64,000 nt of DNA. It comes from Phycisphaeraceae bacterium (GTDB lineage Bacteria > Planctomycetota > Phycisphaerae > Phycisphaerales > Phycisphaeraceae). The stretch covers positions 2,784,001 to 2,848,000 of the forward strand of contig OY771506.1 in NCBI GenBank assembly GCA_963674705.1, written 5' to 3'. A program made the position numbers and the translations under genes. Below, piece by piece: positions 50,270-64,000 of this stretch (positions within the stretch are counted from its first letter, which is position 1; each line of letters starts with the position of its first letter). The notes below the pieces were generated by a model. It made no database searches. It was given only the letters and a program-made list of their open reading frames with translations, and was not told the DNA's origin.

Positions 50270-51997
50270 ATGATGCGATCCGGGAACAAGCGACTGGTTG
50301 TCTTGCTCGTGATCGCGGGGCTCGTGCTGGCCGGGGTGTACGGTGTATTCCGGTTGTTCACTTCAAACGTGCCGGCAAGTGTTGGGCTCGATGTTTCAGC
50401 GGGCAAGATCGAAGCGAACAATATCACATCAACAACAAGTAAGACGACTACCAGCGAGAACGATGTATTTTCAATACGTCGCATCGCGATCATGGTTGAA
50501 AATGAACATCCCGTGCTCGATCAGGTCGCGGCCGCGCTGCATGACGCCTTGCTTGAATTGAAGTACGTCGATGAAGTTGATGTCTATACCGACGGCCGGA
50601 CGCCTGAGTACGGCGGCAGGCTCTACGATTCGTACATGGCGTTATCGATCGATGTGACTCAGGACAGCAAGCCTCTGCTTGAGCGCAATTTTAAAGCCAA
50701 ACTCACGATCACCGCGGGTAATATGCCTTACGTCAGTCATTCGGGGTATACGGATCACCTTGGCCCGCCGTTGGCACGTTATGCGCTGACATGCCAGCTC
50801 GAACACAGCAGCAAGAGCACGCAGGTTGGCACGCCATACAAAATGATCGGCGAGAATATCTCCGGGGAGGTTGCCAAGCAGATCACCAAGCAATTCAACA
50901 CGTGGAATGAGCAGCACGGCGCGGATGTCGACTGGCCCGATGAACTGATGGGACAGTACCCGGACGATACGGATATCCCATGGCCTGATGGGGTGGTGTT
51001 GGAGAAGATCGTAGATGGTTACGGCCTGATGTCAGACCGCCACGCGATGTGGACAGCGGTCACCGATGAGCCGGAGCAGATCGTTCGGGCATTTCATCAG
51101 ACCTACACCGATGCCGGCTGGCGGATCGACCACGGCGCGATCATCGAAGACAACGAGCACCACGAACGCCTGCACTTTCGGGCGTGGAACGACAGCCCGT
51201 ACATGCTGGAGGTGTTCGAGGTTCGTGATGGTTACGGCGAGCGAAAGCCGGGGGAACAGAGCCGTGTTTGTGTTCGCTACCTTGAGCGTTTTGACAGGCC
51301 CGAGTTCCAACCCATCATCGACGCGCTCATGCAGGACCCGGCCAATGAGAAGGTGTTGGGGTATCTGGCCAGGCATATGAGCGATGAGCAGGAAAAGCAA
51401 TACTACGACTCACTGGCTCAGCGAAACATCAGCGATCCGAAGGTTCTACTGAAGCTGGTACGCTATCAGCACAGAGTCGGTGATGATGAGCTTGCGAGAC
51501 AGAACCTGGTCAAGGCTTACTTTGCTGCCGAACGGGTGCAGGGGCTGGAACATTTAACTGAGCAGATCGAGAAGTTCGGCGAAGAGATCGGTGCTGAGGA
51601 TATGAACGATCTCGTGTTTGATCGTGATGTGCTCAACAGCATGGGGTATCAGCCGATAGAGGAGGCGGTCGGTCAGAAGCAAACGGTGGGGATCGATGAG
51701 CCGTTGTCGGTTTATTACATGTCGGATGGCAGGCTTCAAACGACAGATTGCTGGCTGTCGCGGGATATGACGGGAGAGAATGAGCTTCAGTGTCGCGAGT
51801 ACACAAGAATGTCCATGGGGGGCAGGAGCTGGTCCAGCCATGGGGTGTCGGGCGATAATCTATCCCTCGCCGCAAACCACCATGTGTCAGCCGATACCGG
51901 CGAATATTCGATCCAATTCCGTGCGGTGGCAGATGAAGCGGATCAATATGAGGTTGAAGTCATAAGTCAATCGGGGGCGGGTCCTCCCCGGTCGTGA
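50270..51997 (+). CDS. Membrane-anchored/exported hypothetical protein
   Basis: 575 aa; N-terminal TM helix; AAGGA upstream. Confidence 0.75.
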   Translation: MMRSGNKRLVVLLVIAGLVLAGVYGVFRLFTSNVPASVGLDVSAGKIEANNITSTTSKTTTSENDVFSIRRIAIMVENEHPVLDQVAAALHDALLELKYVDEVDVYTDGRTPEYGGRLYDSYMALSIDVTQDSKPLLERNFKAKLTITAGNMPYVSHSGYTDHLGPPLARYALTCQLEHSSKSTQVGTPYKMIGENISGEVAKQITKQFNTWNEQHGADVDWPDELMGQYPDDTDIPWPDGVVLEKIVDGYGLMSDRHAMWTAVTDEPEQIVRAFHQTYTDAGWRIDHGAIIEDNEHHERLHFRAWNDSPYMLEVFEVRDGYGERKPGEQSRVCVRYLERFDRPEFQPIIDALMQDPANEKVLGYLARHMSDEQEKQYYDSLAQRNISDPKVLLKLVRYQHRVGDDELARQNLVKAYFAAERVQGLEHLTEQIEKFGEEIGAEDMNDLVFDRDVLNSMGYQPIEEAVGQKQTVGIDEPLSVYYMSDGRLQTTDCWLSRDMTGENELQCREYTRMSMGGRSWSSHGVSGDNLSLAANHHVSADTGEYSIQFRAVADEADQYEVEVISQSGAGPPRS

Positions 51998-52089
51998 TAC
52001 ACTTCGTTACGGTTATAATGGGCGTTAAGCGAGAGTGCTCTACATCATCATCCGCAAGTGAATCATGTTAAGACTGGTTGCGCAGACTT

Positions 52090-52998
52090 ATGAACGCATT
52101 ATCCGAAGCTGAACAATACCTGCTGGATGCGGTACGTCGTGGTGATGAGCAGGGCTGGCCTAAGCTGGTGGAACGGTACCAGGGACGGCTGTTAGCCTTC
52201 GCGCGTAGTCGGGTGCGCAATGCCAACGACGCGGAGGACCTGGTACAGGAGACATTCATCGGCTTGCTGCGCGGGCTCGAACGATTTCGGGGCGAGTCTA
52301 GTCTGGAGACATACCTGTTTTCGATCCTGCGTCGGCGGATCATCGATTCGCATCGGGGTAAGAGTAACCGTGCGTGTCTGTTGAGCGATACGATGGGCGG
52401 CGGGCAGGTCAGTGACAGCAGCGTCGGGCCGGAGGCAAGGCTGGCGTCGAGCGATCCGACCGCGAGCTGGTATGCAAGGCAGGAAGAGAACCGCCACGAA
52501 CTGCACAGCGAGCTGGCGGCTGCGATCAATAGCCTGGTCAGCGGTTATAAAGAATCCTTGAACTTCCGGGAACTACAGATCATCGAACTATTGTTTTATG
52601 CGCAACTGAAAAACGCACAGGTCGCCAAGGCGGTCGGTGTGGAAGACGGGCACGTCGCGACGATCAAGCACCGCAGTTTGTCGCGGATCCGCAAGCAGTT
52701 GCTCGAAGCGATGGGGGATAAGCCGACGCACACGTTTGATCCACCGGACGCGTTATTGACCGAGGTCTGGGAAGAGCACCGATTGAGTTGTCCGAAGCGC
52801 AGCACGATCGGTGGGTATCACCTGGGCACGCTCGACCCTGCCTGGCACGAATACGTCGACTTCCATCTGAACACCCTCGGCTGCCGATTCTGCCAGGCGA
52901 ATCTCGACGACCTGAAGCAGAGCGAAGACCGCGCGAACCTCGACAGCCTGCGTCAGCGCGTGATGCAGTCGACGGTGGGATTTTTCAAGAAGAACTGA
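52090..52998 (+). CDS. ECF sigma factor with a C-terminal Cys/His (ZAS-like) extension
   Basis: NDAEDLVQETF, YLFSILRRRIID; region 4 (NAQVAKAVGV); extension LSCPKRSTIGGY...FHLNTLGCRFCQANL. Confidence 0.88.
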   Translation: MNALSEAEQYLLDAVRRGDEQGWPKLVERYQGRLLAFARSRVRNANDAEDLVQETFIGLLRGLERFRGESSLETYLFSILRRRIIDSHRGKSNRACLLSDTMGGGQVSDSSVGPEARLASSDPTASWYARQEENRHELHSELAAAINSLVSGYKESLNFRELQIIELLFYAQLKNAQVAKAVGVEDGHVATIKHRSLSRIRKQLLEAMGDKPTHTFDPPDALLTEVWEEHRLSCPKRSTIGGYHLGTLDPAWHEYVDFHLNTLGCRFCQANLDDLKQSEDRANLDSLRQRVMQSTVGFFKKN

Positions 52999-53245
52999 AA
53001 ACGCGTCGCAATTCTGAAAAATACGTCGAGCATATCAGGTAAAAGCTGTGAATATGGGGGGATTCTTTTTATCAAGCGGCCGCTTGTTCGTGGCTGTTTT
53101 TTCCGGGCTATTGTTAATTATCTCTTGTAGCAATCGTGTGACCGGTTAAAATAGCACCCGCAAGTATTTTTATTGCGGCGCGGTTTATTCTAACGCGCCT
53201 GTTTCCGCCACACATCATATTGCGGTCAAAAAGGAGGATATTGGG

Positions 53246-55477
53246 ATGTCCACATGCACGAACCATGCACGGTTTACATCGCGGTCAATTAATACATTTA
53301 TCTTCCCATGTGTGGTTTTGCTTTTTATGTATTTGATGTTCAGCGTATCTGCAACAGCGCAGACGACGACATGGATCTACGACGGCGGCGGGAACTGGAG
53401 CACGGATTCAAACTGGGATGCAGGAGCCCCTGCCGCGGGGAGCCTGGTGGTGATCGATGAGGGGGACTGGCCGGTTCAGGTTGTACTGGATGTCAATCCC
53501 AAGAATCCGATCAGTGGGCTGACAATCGGTAGCGACGACAGCCTAGTCATGCAGAACTTCGTTCTACCTTTCAATGCCGGTTCGACGATCATTAATGACG
53601 GTGAGATCCAACAGCTTGCGTTGATTTCTTCCGCATCGACTATCCGGTTCAGCGGTGACGCGACCGTGACCGGCACCGGGGTGTGGACCCTGTCGGACAG
53701 GACTTTTAATTACATCGTAGCCACGACCGGCGTTCTCGGTGCGGTCCTGACACAAGAGGCAGGCCACACCATCCACGGCGGCGGGACGATCGGCAATCAA
53801 AACATGGGGATGATCAACTACGGCCTGGTCGAAGCGGATAATCCATACGCGACTAATAATGTGGCGTTAAACATTGCCCCCGGCACGGCCATTGATATCG
53901 GTGCGACAGACGTAGACACGATCAATCACGGTACATTCAGCGCTTCCAAAGGCGGCAGGTTGATCCTGCGTGACGGCGTGTTTGATAACACGGGGGGCAC
54001 GATCCAAGCGATTGATGCAGACTCGATTGTGGTGATTGAATCGGCGGAAGTCCGGGACGGCGATCTGGTGACCGATGCGGTCGGTCGCATCATGCCAAGT
54101 AACAACAGCCTGTTGACTGATGTGACAGTCACCGCCGGCAGCACGGTGCAGATCAATAATATTTCGACAGCCATCTCGGGCACGATCACGAATAACGGCA
54201 CGATCTATCAGATCGCGGGAACCTTTTCCGTATCCGCGGTCGAAGTTACAGGCGATGTCACGATCGATGGTTCGGGCGCCTGGCAGACGACCAACAACTC
54301 GCTGAACCGTATTAACGGAACGGGGAACAACGTGCTGACGAACGGTGCCGATCATACGTTCCGAGGTACGCCGCAACTGGGCGGTAAGAATCTGGGCTTA
54401 ATCAATAACGGCACGATCATCGCCGATGAGCCTTATGCCACCACTGGTTCGAGGTTGATGATTTCGCCCGGTTTAGGCGTCAACATCAATGGGGGCGATG
54501 CCGATGCGATCAATTACGGCACCTTGCGTTCGGAAAACGCGGCGATCCTGCATATCCGTGACGGTGAGTTTGAGAACTTCGGTATCGTTGAAGCTCTGGA
54601 CGGGTCGCATGTGGAGATCGACAGCAGTAACTGGGGGGTCACGTTGAACAATCAATCCGGCACGCTGGTTGGCGGGACGTGGCGCGCCATCTCGAGCGGA
54701 TCGGGCGCGTTGCTTATGCTCAGCGGGAATAACATCACTCAGATCGCGAGCGGTACGGTTGTGGAGATAGCAGGGACGGGATCGGTCGTTCGAGTGAACG
54801 CCACGCCGATCGAAAACACGCTGACAGGCAACGCCGGTGAATTGATCGTCGGTAATGGGCGTTTGTTTGTCCTGGCTAACGCGTTAAACAATACGGGCCG
54901 GTTGTCGATTGATGCAGCGAGCCGGGTCGATATGGGGGCAAATGACATAACCAGCAGCGGAGCGTTGGAGGTCGGGCTGGACAGTTCATCAGCGATTTCG
55001 AAACCTGCGGTGAAGTCGACCGGAACGGCAACGCTGGCCGGCTCGTTGAGCGTGACTTTGGAGTCGGGATTTGAGCCGGGCGTGGGGGATGTGATTCAGA
55101 TCATCGATGCGGGCAGTGTGGTTGGGGCGTTTGATGATGTGACGTGGCCGGTGATGATGGGTTCGGTCGGGCTCGGTCTTGAATACCAGGCGAGTGGTGT
55201 ATTAGTGCGTGCCGGTCTGCCGGGCGATCTGGGTAATGATTCATTTGTTGGCTTGTCGGATCTGGACATCGTCCTGACTAACTGGAACCAGAACGTGACC
55301 GCGGGTGTCTGGCTGGAGGGCGACCCGTCCGGCGATGGCTACGTCGGGTTGGACGACCTGGATATCATCCTGGAGAACTGGAACGGAGGGTCGCCGCCGG
55401 CAACGACGGTGCCTGAGCCTGGCAGTGTGTTTGTTTTATCTCTTCTGGCGATCATGCCAACATATCGACAGCGATGA
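53246..55477 (+). CDS. PEP-CTERM surface protein with beta-helix-like repeats and a dockerin-like module
   Basis: AGGAGG RBS; signal peptide; GGNWSTDSNW; internal duplication (..ADNPYA / ..ADEPYA); VGLSDLD/VGLDDLD; VPEPGSVFVLSLLAIMPTYRQR. Confidence 0.88.
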   Translation: MSTCTNHARFTSRSINTFIFPCVVLLFMYLMFSVSATAQTTTWIYDGGGNWSTDSNWDAGAPAAGSLVVIDEGDWPVQVVLDVNPKNPISGLTIGSDDSLVMQNFVLPFNAGSTIINDGEIQQLALISSASTIRFSGDATVTGTGVWTLSDRTFNYIVATTGVLGAVLTQEAGHTIHGGGTIGNQNMGMINYGLVEADNPYATNNVALNIAPGTAIDIGATDVDTINHGTFSASKGGRLILRDGVFDNTGGTIQAIDADSIVVIESAEVRDGDLVTDAVGRIMPSNNSLLTDVTVTAGSTVQINNISTAISGTITNNGTIYQIAGTFSVSAVEVTGDVTIDGSGAWQTTNNSLNRINGTGNNVLTNGADHTFRGTPQLGGKNLGLINNGTIIADEPYATTGSRLMISPGLGVNINGGDADAINYGTLRSENAAILHIRDGEFENFGIVEALDGSHVEIDSSNWGVTLNNQSGTLVGGTWRAISSGSGALLMLSGNNITQIASGTVVEIAGTGSVVRVNATPIENTLTGNAGELIVGNGRLFVLANALNNTGRLSIDAASRVDMGANDITSSGALEVGLDSSSAISKPAVKSTGTATLAGSLSVTLESGFEPGVGDVIQIIDAGSVVGAFDDVTWPVMMGSVGLGLEYQASGVLVRAGLPGDLGNDSFVGLSDLDIVLTNWNQNVTAGVWLEGDPSGDGYVGLDDLDIILENWNGGSPPATTVPEPGSVFVLSLLAIMPTYRQR

Positions 55478-55573
55478 AGTGCAGGGCCACACATCGACGA
55501 TGTGCGGCTAAATAGTGGTCAGCGGTTGGCGGCCGTGGGCTTCGGTACGGCATGATTTGCGTACAATCTGGTC

Positions 55574-55780
55574 ATGGATGACCGTGTGACAAAAGTTGAA
55601 GAGAAGATTGCCTACCTCGAGCAGTTCGTTGGCGAGCTGGATGGTGTGGTGCGTGAGTTGCACGATGAGCTTGCGAAGGTGCGGCGGGAGATGGGATTGC
55701 TGCGGGATCGGGTCGAACAGCAGCAGGAGCAGGGGGATGATCCGAACGATCTGGAGGCGCATAAACCGCCGCATTATTGA
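55574..55780 (+). CDS. slyX: SlyX-family protein
   Basis: RVTKVEEKIAYLE...coiled coil...KPPHY. Confidence 0.9.
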   Translation: MDDRVTKVEEKIAYLEQFVGELDGVVRELHDELAKVRREMGLLRDRVEQQQEQGDDPNDLEAHKPPHY

Positions 55781-55950
55781 GGGAGATGGTCGATTGCGCG
55801 GATGGTTTTGTCATTGATGCCGCAATCAATCCGGCCCTTACCCTAACCCTCTCCCGCCCCCGGAATAGGGAGAGGGGACCGGATGTGTCACGGCGATCTG
55901 TGATCGCCCGCTAAACGTGTCGAGTTGTTGCTGTCACTTAATCGCGGCGG

Positions 55951-56934
55951 ATGATTTATGATGTCTGGTCTATGGCGGAGCGTGAGCGATCCATTGCGAA
56001 GGGCGTTTTGATCTGTGCCAATCCGTTCAGTGGGTCGGGGCCTAACCGTAAGCTGGTGGATGATCTGGTTGCGGAGCTTGAGCGTCGGGGGTTTGAGCCG
56101 AAGCTGGTTTGGGATATCGACGAGCGGCAGGCCTGCCTGTCGGATGTGAACCTGTCGGGCTGGTGCCGGTGCGTGCTGGTGGCGGGGGGGGATGGTTCGA
56201 TCAGGGCGGTGCTGAATGAGCTGTACCAGGCGAGGCGTAAGGGTGGGGATGTACAGGGGCAGGTGGTCGCGCTGGCGACGCTGCCGATGGGCAATGAAAA
56301 CCTGTTCGCCAAGTACTTCGGCTTCACACAGTCGGCAAAGCAACTGGTCGACGCGATCGAGGCGGGGCAGACCAAGCGGATCGACCTTGGATTGATGAGC
56401 ACCGAAGGATCGCGCAGCGGCGGGTGGGTTTTCACACTGATGGGCGGGGTGGGGTTTGATGCGGACGTGGTGCACCGGATGCATCGTTGGCGTGAGACGC
56501 ATTCGGGGTTGCGTCGGGTGAAGCGGGTTACGTATATGCCGAGGGTGCTTTCTTCGCTGTGGCGGTACCGGTATCCGAAGCTGAAGGTTGAGGTGGATGG
56601 TGAAACCTATACAGGATCGCACCTGTTCGTATTCAACCTGCCTTCCTATGGCGGGGGGCTGAAGCTCGCGCCGGGGTGCTGCGTTGAGGATGACGGGAAG
56701 CTGGACTGGGTGTTGTTCGAGCGGCCGGGGCTGATCTCGCTGGCGAGGTATGGGGTTTCGGTGGCGATCGGTCGGCACCTGAAGCGGAAGGATGTGAAGT
56801 GCGGGCAATCGACAGCGATCCGGGTGGTCTGGCCTCGGGGTATGGCGGTACAACTGGATGGCGATCCGGCGGGGCTGGCGCCGGTGTCATTTAGCGTGGT
56901 TGAGATACCCGGACTTGAATTGTTGATAACTTAA
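55951..56934 (+). CDS. Diacylglycerol/lipid kinase family protein
   Basis: ANPFSGSG, AGGDGSI, LPMGNENLFA, GVGFDADV, YGGG, QLDGD; start may be 55972. Confidence 0.9.
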   Translation: MIYDVWSMAERERSIAKGVLICANPFSGSGPNRKLVDDLVAELERRGFEPKLVWDIDERQACLSDVNLSGWCRCVLVAGGDGSIRAVLNELYQARRKGGDVQGQVVALATLPMGNENLFAKYFGFTQSAKQLVDAIEAGQTKRIDLGLMSTEGSRSGGWVFTLMGGVGFDADVVHRMHRWRETHSGLRRVKRVTYMPRVLSSLWRYRYPKLKVEVDGETYTGSHLFVFNLPSYGGGLKLAPGCCVEDDGKLDWVLFERPGLISLARYGVSVAIGRHLKRKDVKCGQSTAIRVVWPRGMAVQLDGDPAGLAPVSFSVVEIPGLELLIT

Positions 56935-57223
56935 GTGGATCATAGGGTCCGATCGGCGCGATCCAAGATACGGCAGCGTTTTTGTCGATCTGACACGATC
57001 TGTGTTATTGCGCTGTTAATTAAAGGCTTATGATGAAAAACCCACATTTTGCACGCAAAGTCAGGACCAGAACGCCTGATAACATGAAATTTTTACGGAA
57101 CCCGGGTTGTGGAGTGACTTAAAATTGTCTATTATATTCGGTTCGCGGTGTGCGAAGCGATGATCGGGAACCCGTAAGGTCAATTACTAACTACACTTAC
57201 CACTCGCAAGATCGAGGACATCG

Positions 57224-60200
57224 ATGCTGCTGAAGACGGTGCGCGACTACTCCAAGCGTGGAGATGCTTTAACAATCCCCAATCTGGTTGATGTTCAACA
57301 GGCCGCTTACGAGCGGTTCCTCCAGCAAAACGTCGGTTTCGACGAGCGCGATGCTTACATCGGGCTTGAGTCGTTACTGCGTGAAGTATTTCCGATCGAA
57401 TCATACGACGGGAATATGCAACTGGAGTACGTGCATTACCGGTTGGATGAACCCCGGTACACCCCAGACGAATGTCGGGAGCTGCGGCTGACCTACGGCC
57501 TGCCGTTCCGCATCCGTGTCCGCCTCGTCCGCAAGGACGTGCCGGAGATCCCCGAGGAGGATATCTACCTCGGCGAGATCCCCGTGCTGATGGGTGGTGG
57601 TGAATACATCATCAACGGTGCTGAGCGCGTGATCGTGAATCAGCTGCACCGCTCGCCCGGTGTGGACTTCTCGATCGCTTCGGCTGAGGCCGACCGCCCG
57701 CTGCACTCGGCCCGCATCATCCCGGACCGCGGTTCGTGGATCGAGCTGGAGGTGTCCAAGAAGGATGTGCTCCAGATGCGGATCGATCAGTCGACGAAGA
57801 TCCCGGCGACCACGTTCCTGCGTGCGATCGACGAGGCTTTCTCGACGACCGACAAGCTGCTGCGGACGTTCTACGACGTGCAGAGCATCAAGGTCAAGGA
57901 CCTGAAGCCTGAGAATTATGTTGCGGCCCCGATCATCGACACCGAGACCGGCGAAGAGCTGGTCCCGATCGGCGGTCAGGTCGGCGAGCATATCGACCAG
58001 GTCATGGCCAGCAGCCTTAAGAGTGTCGACATCATCGCCAACCCCGGCGACATGCTGATCCTTAATACGATCGCGGACGAGAAGCAGACCGAACTGGAAG
58101 GCGTCACGCTGACCGAGTACGAGGCTGCTCTGCTGGCGCTTTATGCCCGGCTGCGTCCCGGCAACCCGCCGCAGGTCGACAAGGCCAAGCAACTGATCGA
58201 TGAAAAATTCTTCGATGAGAACCGTTACCGCCTGGGCAAGGTCGGCCGGTTCCGTATCAACCGTAAGTTCGACCTGGATGTCTCCGAAGACGAAATGAAG
58301 CTTCGTGCCGAAGACTTCCTGCAGGTCATCAAGTACATCCTCGACCTGCGTAGCAACCGCAACAAGGCGCACATCGACGACATCGACCACCTTGGCAACC
58401 GTCGTCTGCGTACCCTGGACGAGTTGGCTGTCGAGGAAATGCGTAAGGGCTTCCTGAAGCTCAAGCGTACCGTCCAGGAACGCATGAGCGTCAAGGACAT
58501 GGACGAACTCAGCAAGATCGCTGACCTGGTCAACTCCAAGAGCATCAGCAGTGCGATCGATCACTTCTTCGGCCGCGGCGAACTGTCGCAGGTCGTGGAC
58601 CAGACGAACCCGCTGAGCCAGTTGACACACGAGCGTCGTCTTTCGGCGTTGGGTCCCGGCGGCCTGAACCGTAAGCGTGCCGGCTTTGAAGTCCGTGACG
58701 TGCACATCTCGCACTACGGCCGTATCTGCCCGATCGAAACGCCTGAAGGCACGAACATCGGCCTGATCGCTTCGCTGGGCTTGTACTCCAAGGTTGATGA
58801 GTACGGTTTCCTGCAGACGCCTTACCGCGAGGTCAAGGAAGGCAAGCTGACCGGCGGCATCGTTTACCTGCGTGCTGATGAAGAAATGAAACTGACACTC
58901 GGCCCGACCGACTCCATCGAGGATGATGGTTCGATCCAGCAGGGTATGGTCTTGGCGCGTGTCGATGGCGACCTCGCGCAGGTGCCATCGAGTCAGATCG
59001 ATTATGTCGACATCAGCCCGAAACAGATCGTGGGTGTGTCGGCGGCGTTGATCCCGTTCCTCGAGCACGACGACGCCAACCGCGCGTTGATGGGCTCGAA
59101 CATGCAGCGGCAGGCTGTGCCGCTGATCAAGACCGAGCCGCCGTGCGTGGCGACGGGCATGGAGAAGCACATCCCCGGTTACTCGGGCATGGTGGTTCGT
59201 GCTCGTAACGCCGGCGTGGTGACCTACGTCGACGCCAAGCAGATCGTCGTTGATAACGCGGACGAATACGATCTCCGTAAGTTCGTCGGCCTCAACGAGC
59301 GTACCTGCCAGAACCAGAAGCCGATCGTCCGGCTCGGTCAGCGTGTTGAGCAGGGGCAGATCATTGCCGACGGCGCCGCGACGAAGCAGGGCGAGTTGGC
59401 TCTGGGCAAGAACGTGCTCGTGGCGTTCAATACATTCGACGGCTACAACTTCGAAGACGCGATCGTGATCAGCGAACGCCTGGTCAAGCGTGACACGTTC
59501 ACCTCGATCCACATCGAAGACTTTGATGTTGAAATCCGCGAGACCAAGCTTGGCCGCGAAGAGTTCACGTGCGATATCCCGAACGTCAGCGAAAAGATGC
59601 TTTCGATGCTGGACGAAAACGGGATCATCCGCATCGGTGCTTACGTGAAGCCCGGCGACATCCTCGTCGGCAAGGTTTCGCCCAAGAGCAAGAGCGAACT
59701 GACCCCCGAAGAGAAGCTGTTGCACGCGATCTTCGGTCGGGCCGGTGAAGATGTGAAGAACGATTCGCTGGAAGTGCCCGCCGGCACGGAAGGCATCGTG
59801 ATCGGCGCGAAGCGTTTCAGCCGCCGCATGCACCTTAATGATGAGCAGAAAAAGCGGCTCAAGCGTGAGATGCGTGAGTACGAAGCGTCGATGGACGACC
59901 GTGCCGCCGAACTGTTCCGCCAGATGGTTGAGCAGATCAATGAAGCGACCGGCGCGCCGATGGTCGACCCGTCGACGCGTCAGAAGGTCGGCGCCAGTGA
60001 CATCACCGAGGTTATCCTCGAGCAGATCGAAAGCTTCGACCTGAAGTGGGTCAAGGGCAACAAGGAAGCCAAGGACGCCGGGACCGCGGTTTACAACCAG
60101 TTCTGGCCGCGTATCGTCGCGATCGAGAAGGAAAAGCAGCGTAAGCTCGCTCATATGAAGCGCGGCGACGAACTTCCCAGCGGTGTGTTGGAAATGGTCA

Positions 60201-61006
60201 AGGTGTACATCGCGACCAAGCGTCCGCTGAGCGTCGGCGACAAGATGGCCGGCCGCCACGGTAACAAGGGTGTCATCGCCCGTATCGTGCCGGAACAGGA
60301 CATGCCGTTCCTCGAAGACGGGACGCCGGTTGATGTGTTGTTGAACCCGCTGGGTGTGCCTTCACGTATGAACGTCGGGCAGATCCTCGAAACGCACCTG
60401 GGCTGGGCCTGCGGCGTGCTTGGATTCCAGGCGGTGACGCCTGTGTTTGACGGTGCGACCGAAGGTGAAATCCATAAGGTGCTCGAAGAAGCCAACGAGT
60501 ACGTGGCCAACCGGCTTGCAGAAACCGGTGGCAACCACGGCCCGGACGAGATCCTGGCCAAGATGCCGTACGGCGGCAAGATCCAACTCTACGACGGACG
60601 GACGGGTGAACCGTTCGATGAGAAGACCACCGTCGGTCATATGTACCTGATCAAGCTGCACCACCTGGTCGACGACAAGATCCATGCCCGTGCGACCGGC
60701 CCGTACAGCCTCATCACCCAGCAGCCGTTGGGCGGTAAGGCCCGCACCGGTGGCCAGCGCTTCGGTGAAATGGAAGTCTGGGCGCTCGAAGCCTACGGCG
60801 CCGCTTACATCCTTCAGGAACTTCTGACCGTCAAGAGCGACGACGTGGAAGGCCGGACCAAGATCTACGAATCGATGGTCAAGGGCACGAACACGCTCGA
60901 AGCCGGCATGCCGGTTGCGTTCGACGTCTTGTGCAACGAGGTCAAGGGCCTTGGCCTGAATATCACGTTGGAGAAGGTCGAACTCGAGGGTGGCAGCATC
61001 CTCTAA
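57224..61006 (+). CDS. rpoB: DNA-directed RNA polymerase subunit beta
   Basis: 1260 aa; [58 protein letters not shown]. Confidence 0.99.
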   Translation: MLLKTVRDYSKRGDALTIPNLVDVQQAAYERFLQQNVGFDERDAYIGLESLLREVFPIESYDGNMQLEYVHYRLDEPRYTPDECRELRLTYGLPFRIRVRLVRKDVPEIPEEDIYLGEIPVLMGGGEYIINGAERVIVNQLHRSPGVDFSIASAEADRPLHSARIIPDRGSWIELEVSKKDVLQMRIDQSTKIPATTFLRAIDEAFSTTDKLLRTFYDVQSIKVKDLKPENYVAAPIIDTETGEELVPIGGQVGEHIDQVMASSLKSVDIIANPGDMLILNTIADEKQTELEGVTLTEYEAALLALYARLRPGNPPQVDKAKQLIDEKFFDENRYRLGKVGRFRINRKFDLDVSEDEMKLRAEDFLQVIKYILDLRSNRNKAHIDDIDHLGNRRLRTLDELAVEEMRKGFLKLKRTVQERMSVKDMDELSKIADLVNSKSISSAIDHFFGRGELSQVVDQTNPLSQLTHERRLSALGPGGLNRKRAGFEVRDVHISHYGRICPIETPEGTNIGLIASLGLYSKVDEYGFLQTPYREVKEGKLTGGIVYLRADEEMKLTLGPTDSIEDDGSIQQGMVLARVDGDLAQVPSSQIDYVDISPKQIVGVSAALIPFLEHDDANRALMGSNMQRQAVPLIKTEPPCVATGMEKHIPGYSGMVVRARNAGVVTYVDAKQIVVDNADEYDLRKFVGLNERTCQNQKPIVRLGQRVEQGQIIADGAATKQGELALGKNVLVAFNTFDGYNFEDAIVISERLVKRDTFTSIHIEDFDVEIRETKLGREEFTCDIPNVSEKMLSMLDENGIIRIGAYVKPGDILVGKVSPKSKSELTPEEKLLHAIFGRAGEDVKNDSLEVPAGTEGIVIGAKRFSRRMHLNDEQKKRLKREMREYEASMDDRAAELFRQMVEQINEATGAPMVDPSTRQKVGASDITEVILEQIESFDLKWVKGNKEAKDAGTAVYNQFWPRIVAIEKEKQRKLAHMKRGDELPSGVLEMVKVYIATKRPLSVGDKMAGRHGNKGVIARIVPEQDMPFLEDGTPVDVLLNPLGVPSRMNVGQILETHLGWACGVLGFQAVTPVFDGATEGEIHKVLEEANEYVANRLAETGGNHGPDEILAKMPYGGKIQLYDGRTGEPFDEKTTVGHMYLIKLHHLVDDKIHARATGPYSLITQQPLGGKARTGGQRFGEMEVWALEAYGAAYILQELLTVKSDDVEGRTKIYESMVKGTNTLEAGMPVAFDVLCNEVKGLGLNITLEKVELEGGSIL

Positions 61007-61112
61007 GGCGTATGCCGGGGGGTGACTCCGGTTGGCCGGAGAAACGTGCCCGGATTGGAAGCTGGGCTCGGACTTAAAACTATCACGCTCAAAGCTGAGG
61101 AGCGTTTGAACT

Positions 61113-64000
<2,888 letters not shown>

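Overview
A GC-rich bacterial chromosome segment. Its gene style points to Planctomycetota, probably Phycisphaerae (inference from PEP-CTERM proteins with paired DxxGDxxVGLxDLD modules, many CxxCGYDL..CPECG membrane proteins and ECF/kinase loci). Housekeeping genes are an EF-G paralogue, bioA, groES-groEL, hpf, gpmI, plsY, bioB, a class III aminotransferase, tRNA-Leu(CAA), slyX, a lipid kinase, rpoB and the 5' part of rpoC. Accessory content: (i) an AT-rich patch after groEL with a DUF5343-like plus PD-(D/E)XK nuclease pair, followed by a co-oriented mosaic of short genes and gene fragments whose breakpoints coincide with several REP-like hairpin families, including a 301-bp duplication; (ii) a complete IS630-family element that splits a small gene next to tRNA-Leu; (iii) a 10-kb operon encoding a membrane-anchored PspA/ESCRT-III-like protein, a TPR/FHA protein, a multi-TM Ser/Thr kinase and an ECF sigma factor fused to a zinc-binding domain; (iv) five PEP-CTERM proteins and an exosortase-EpsI fusion; (v) many 7-, 8- and 9-mer tandem repeats and REP palindromes, two of which sit in frame inside bioA. 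All family calls were made by eye from motifs; no database search was run.
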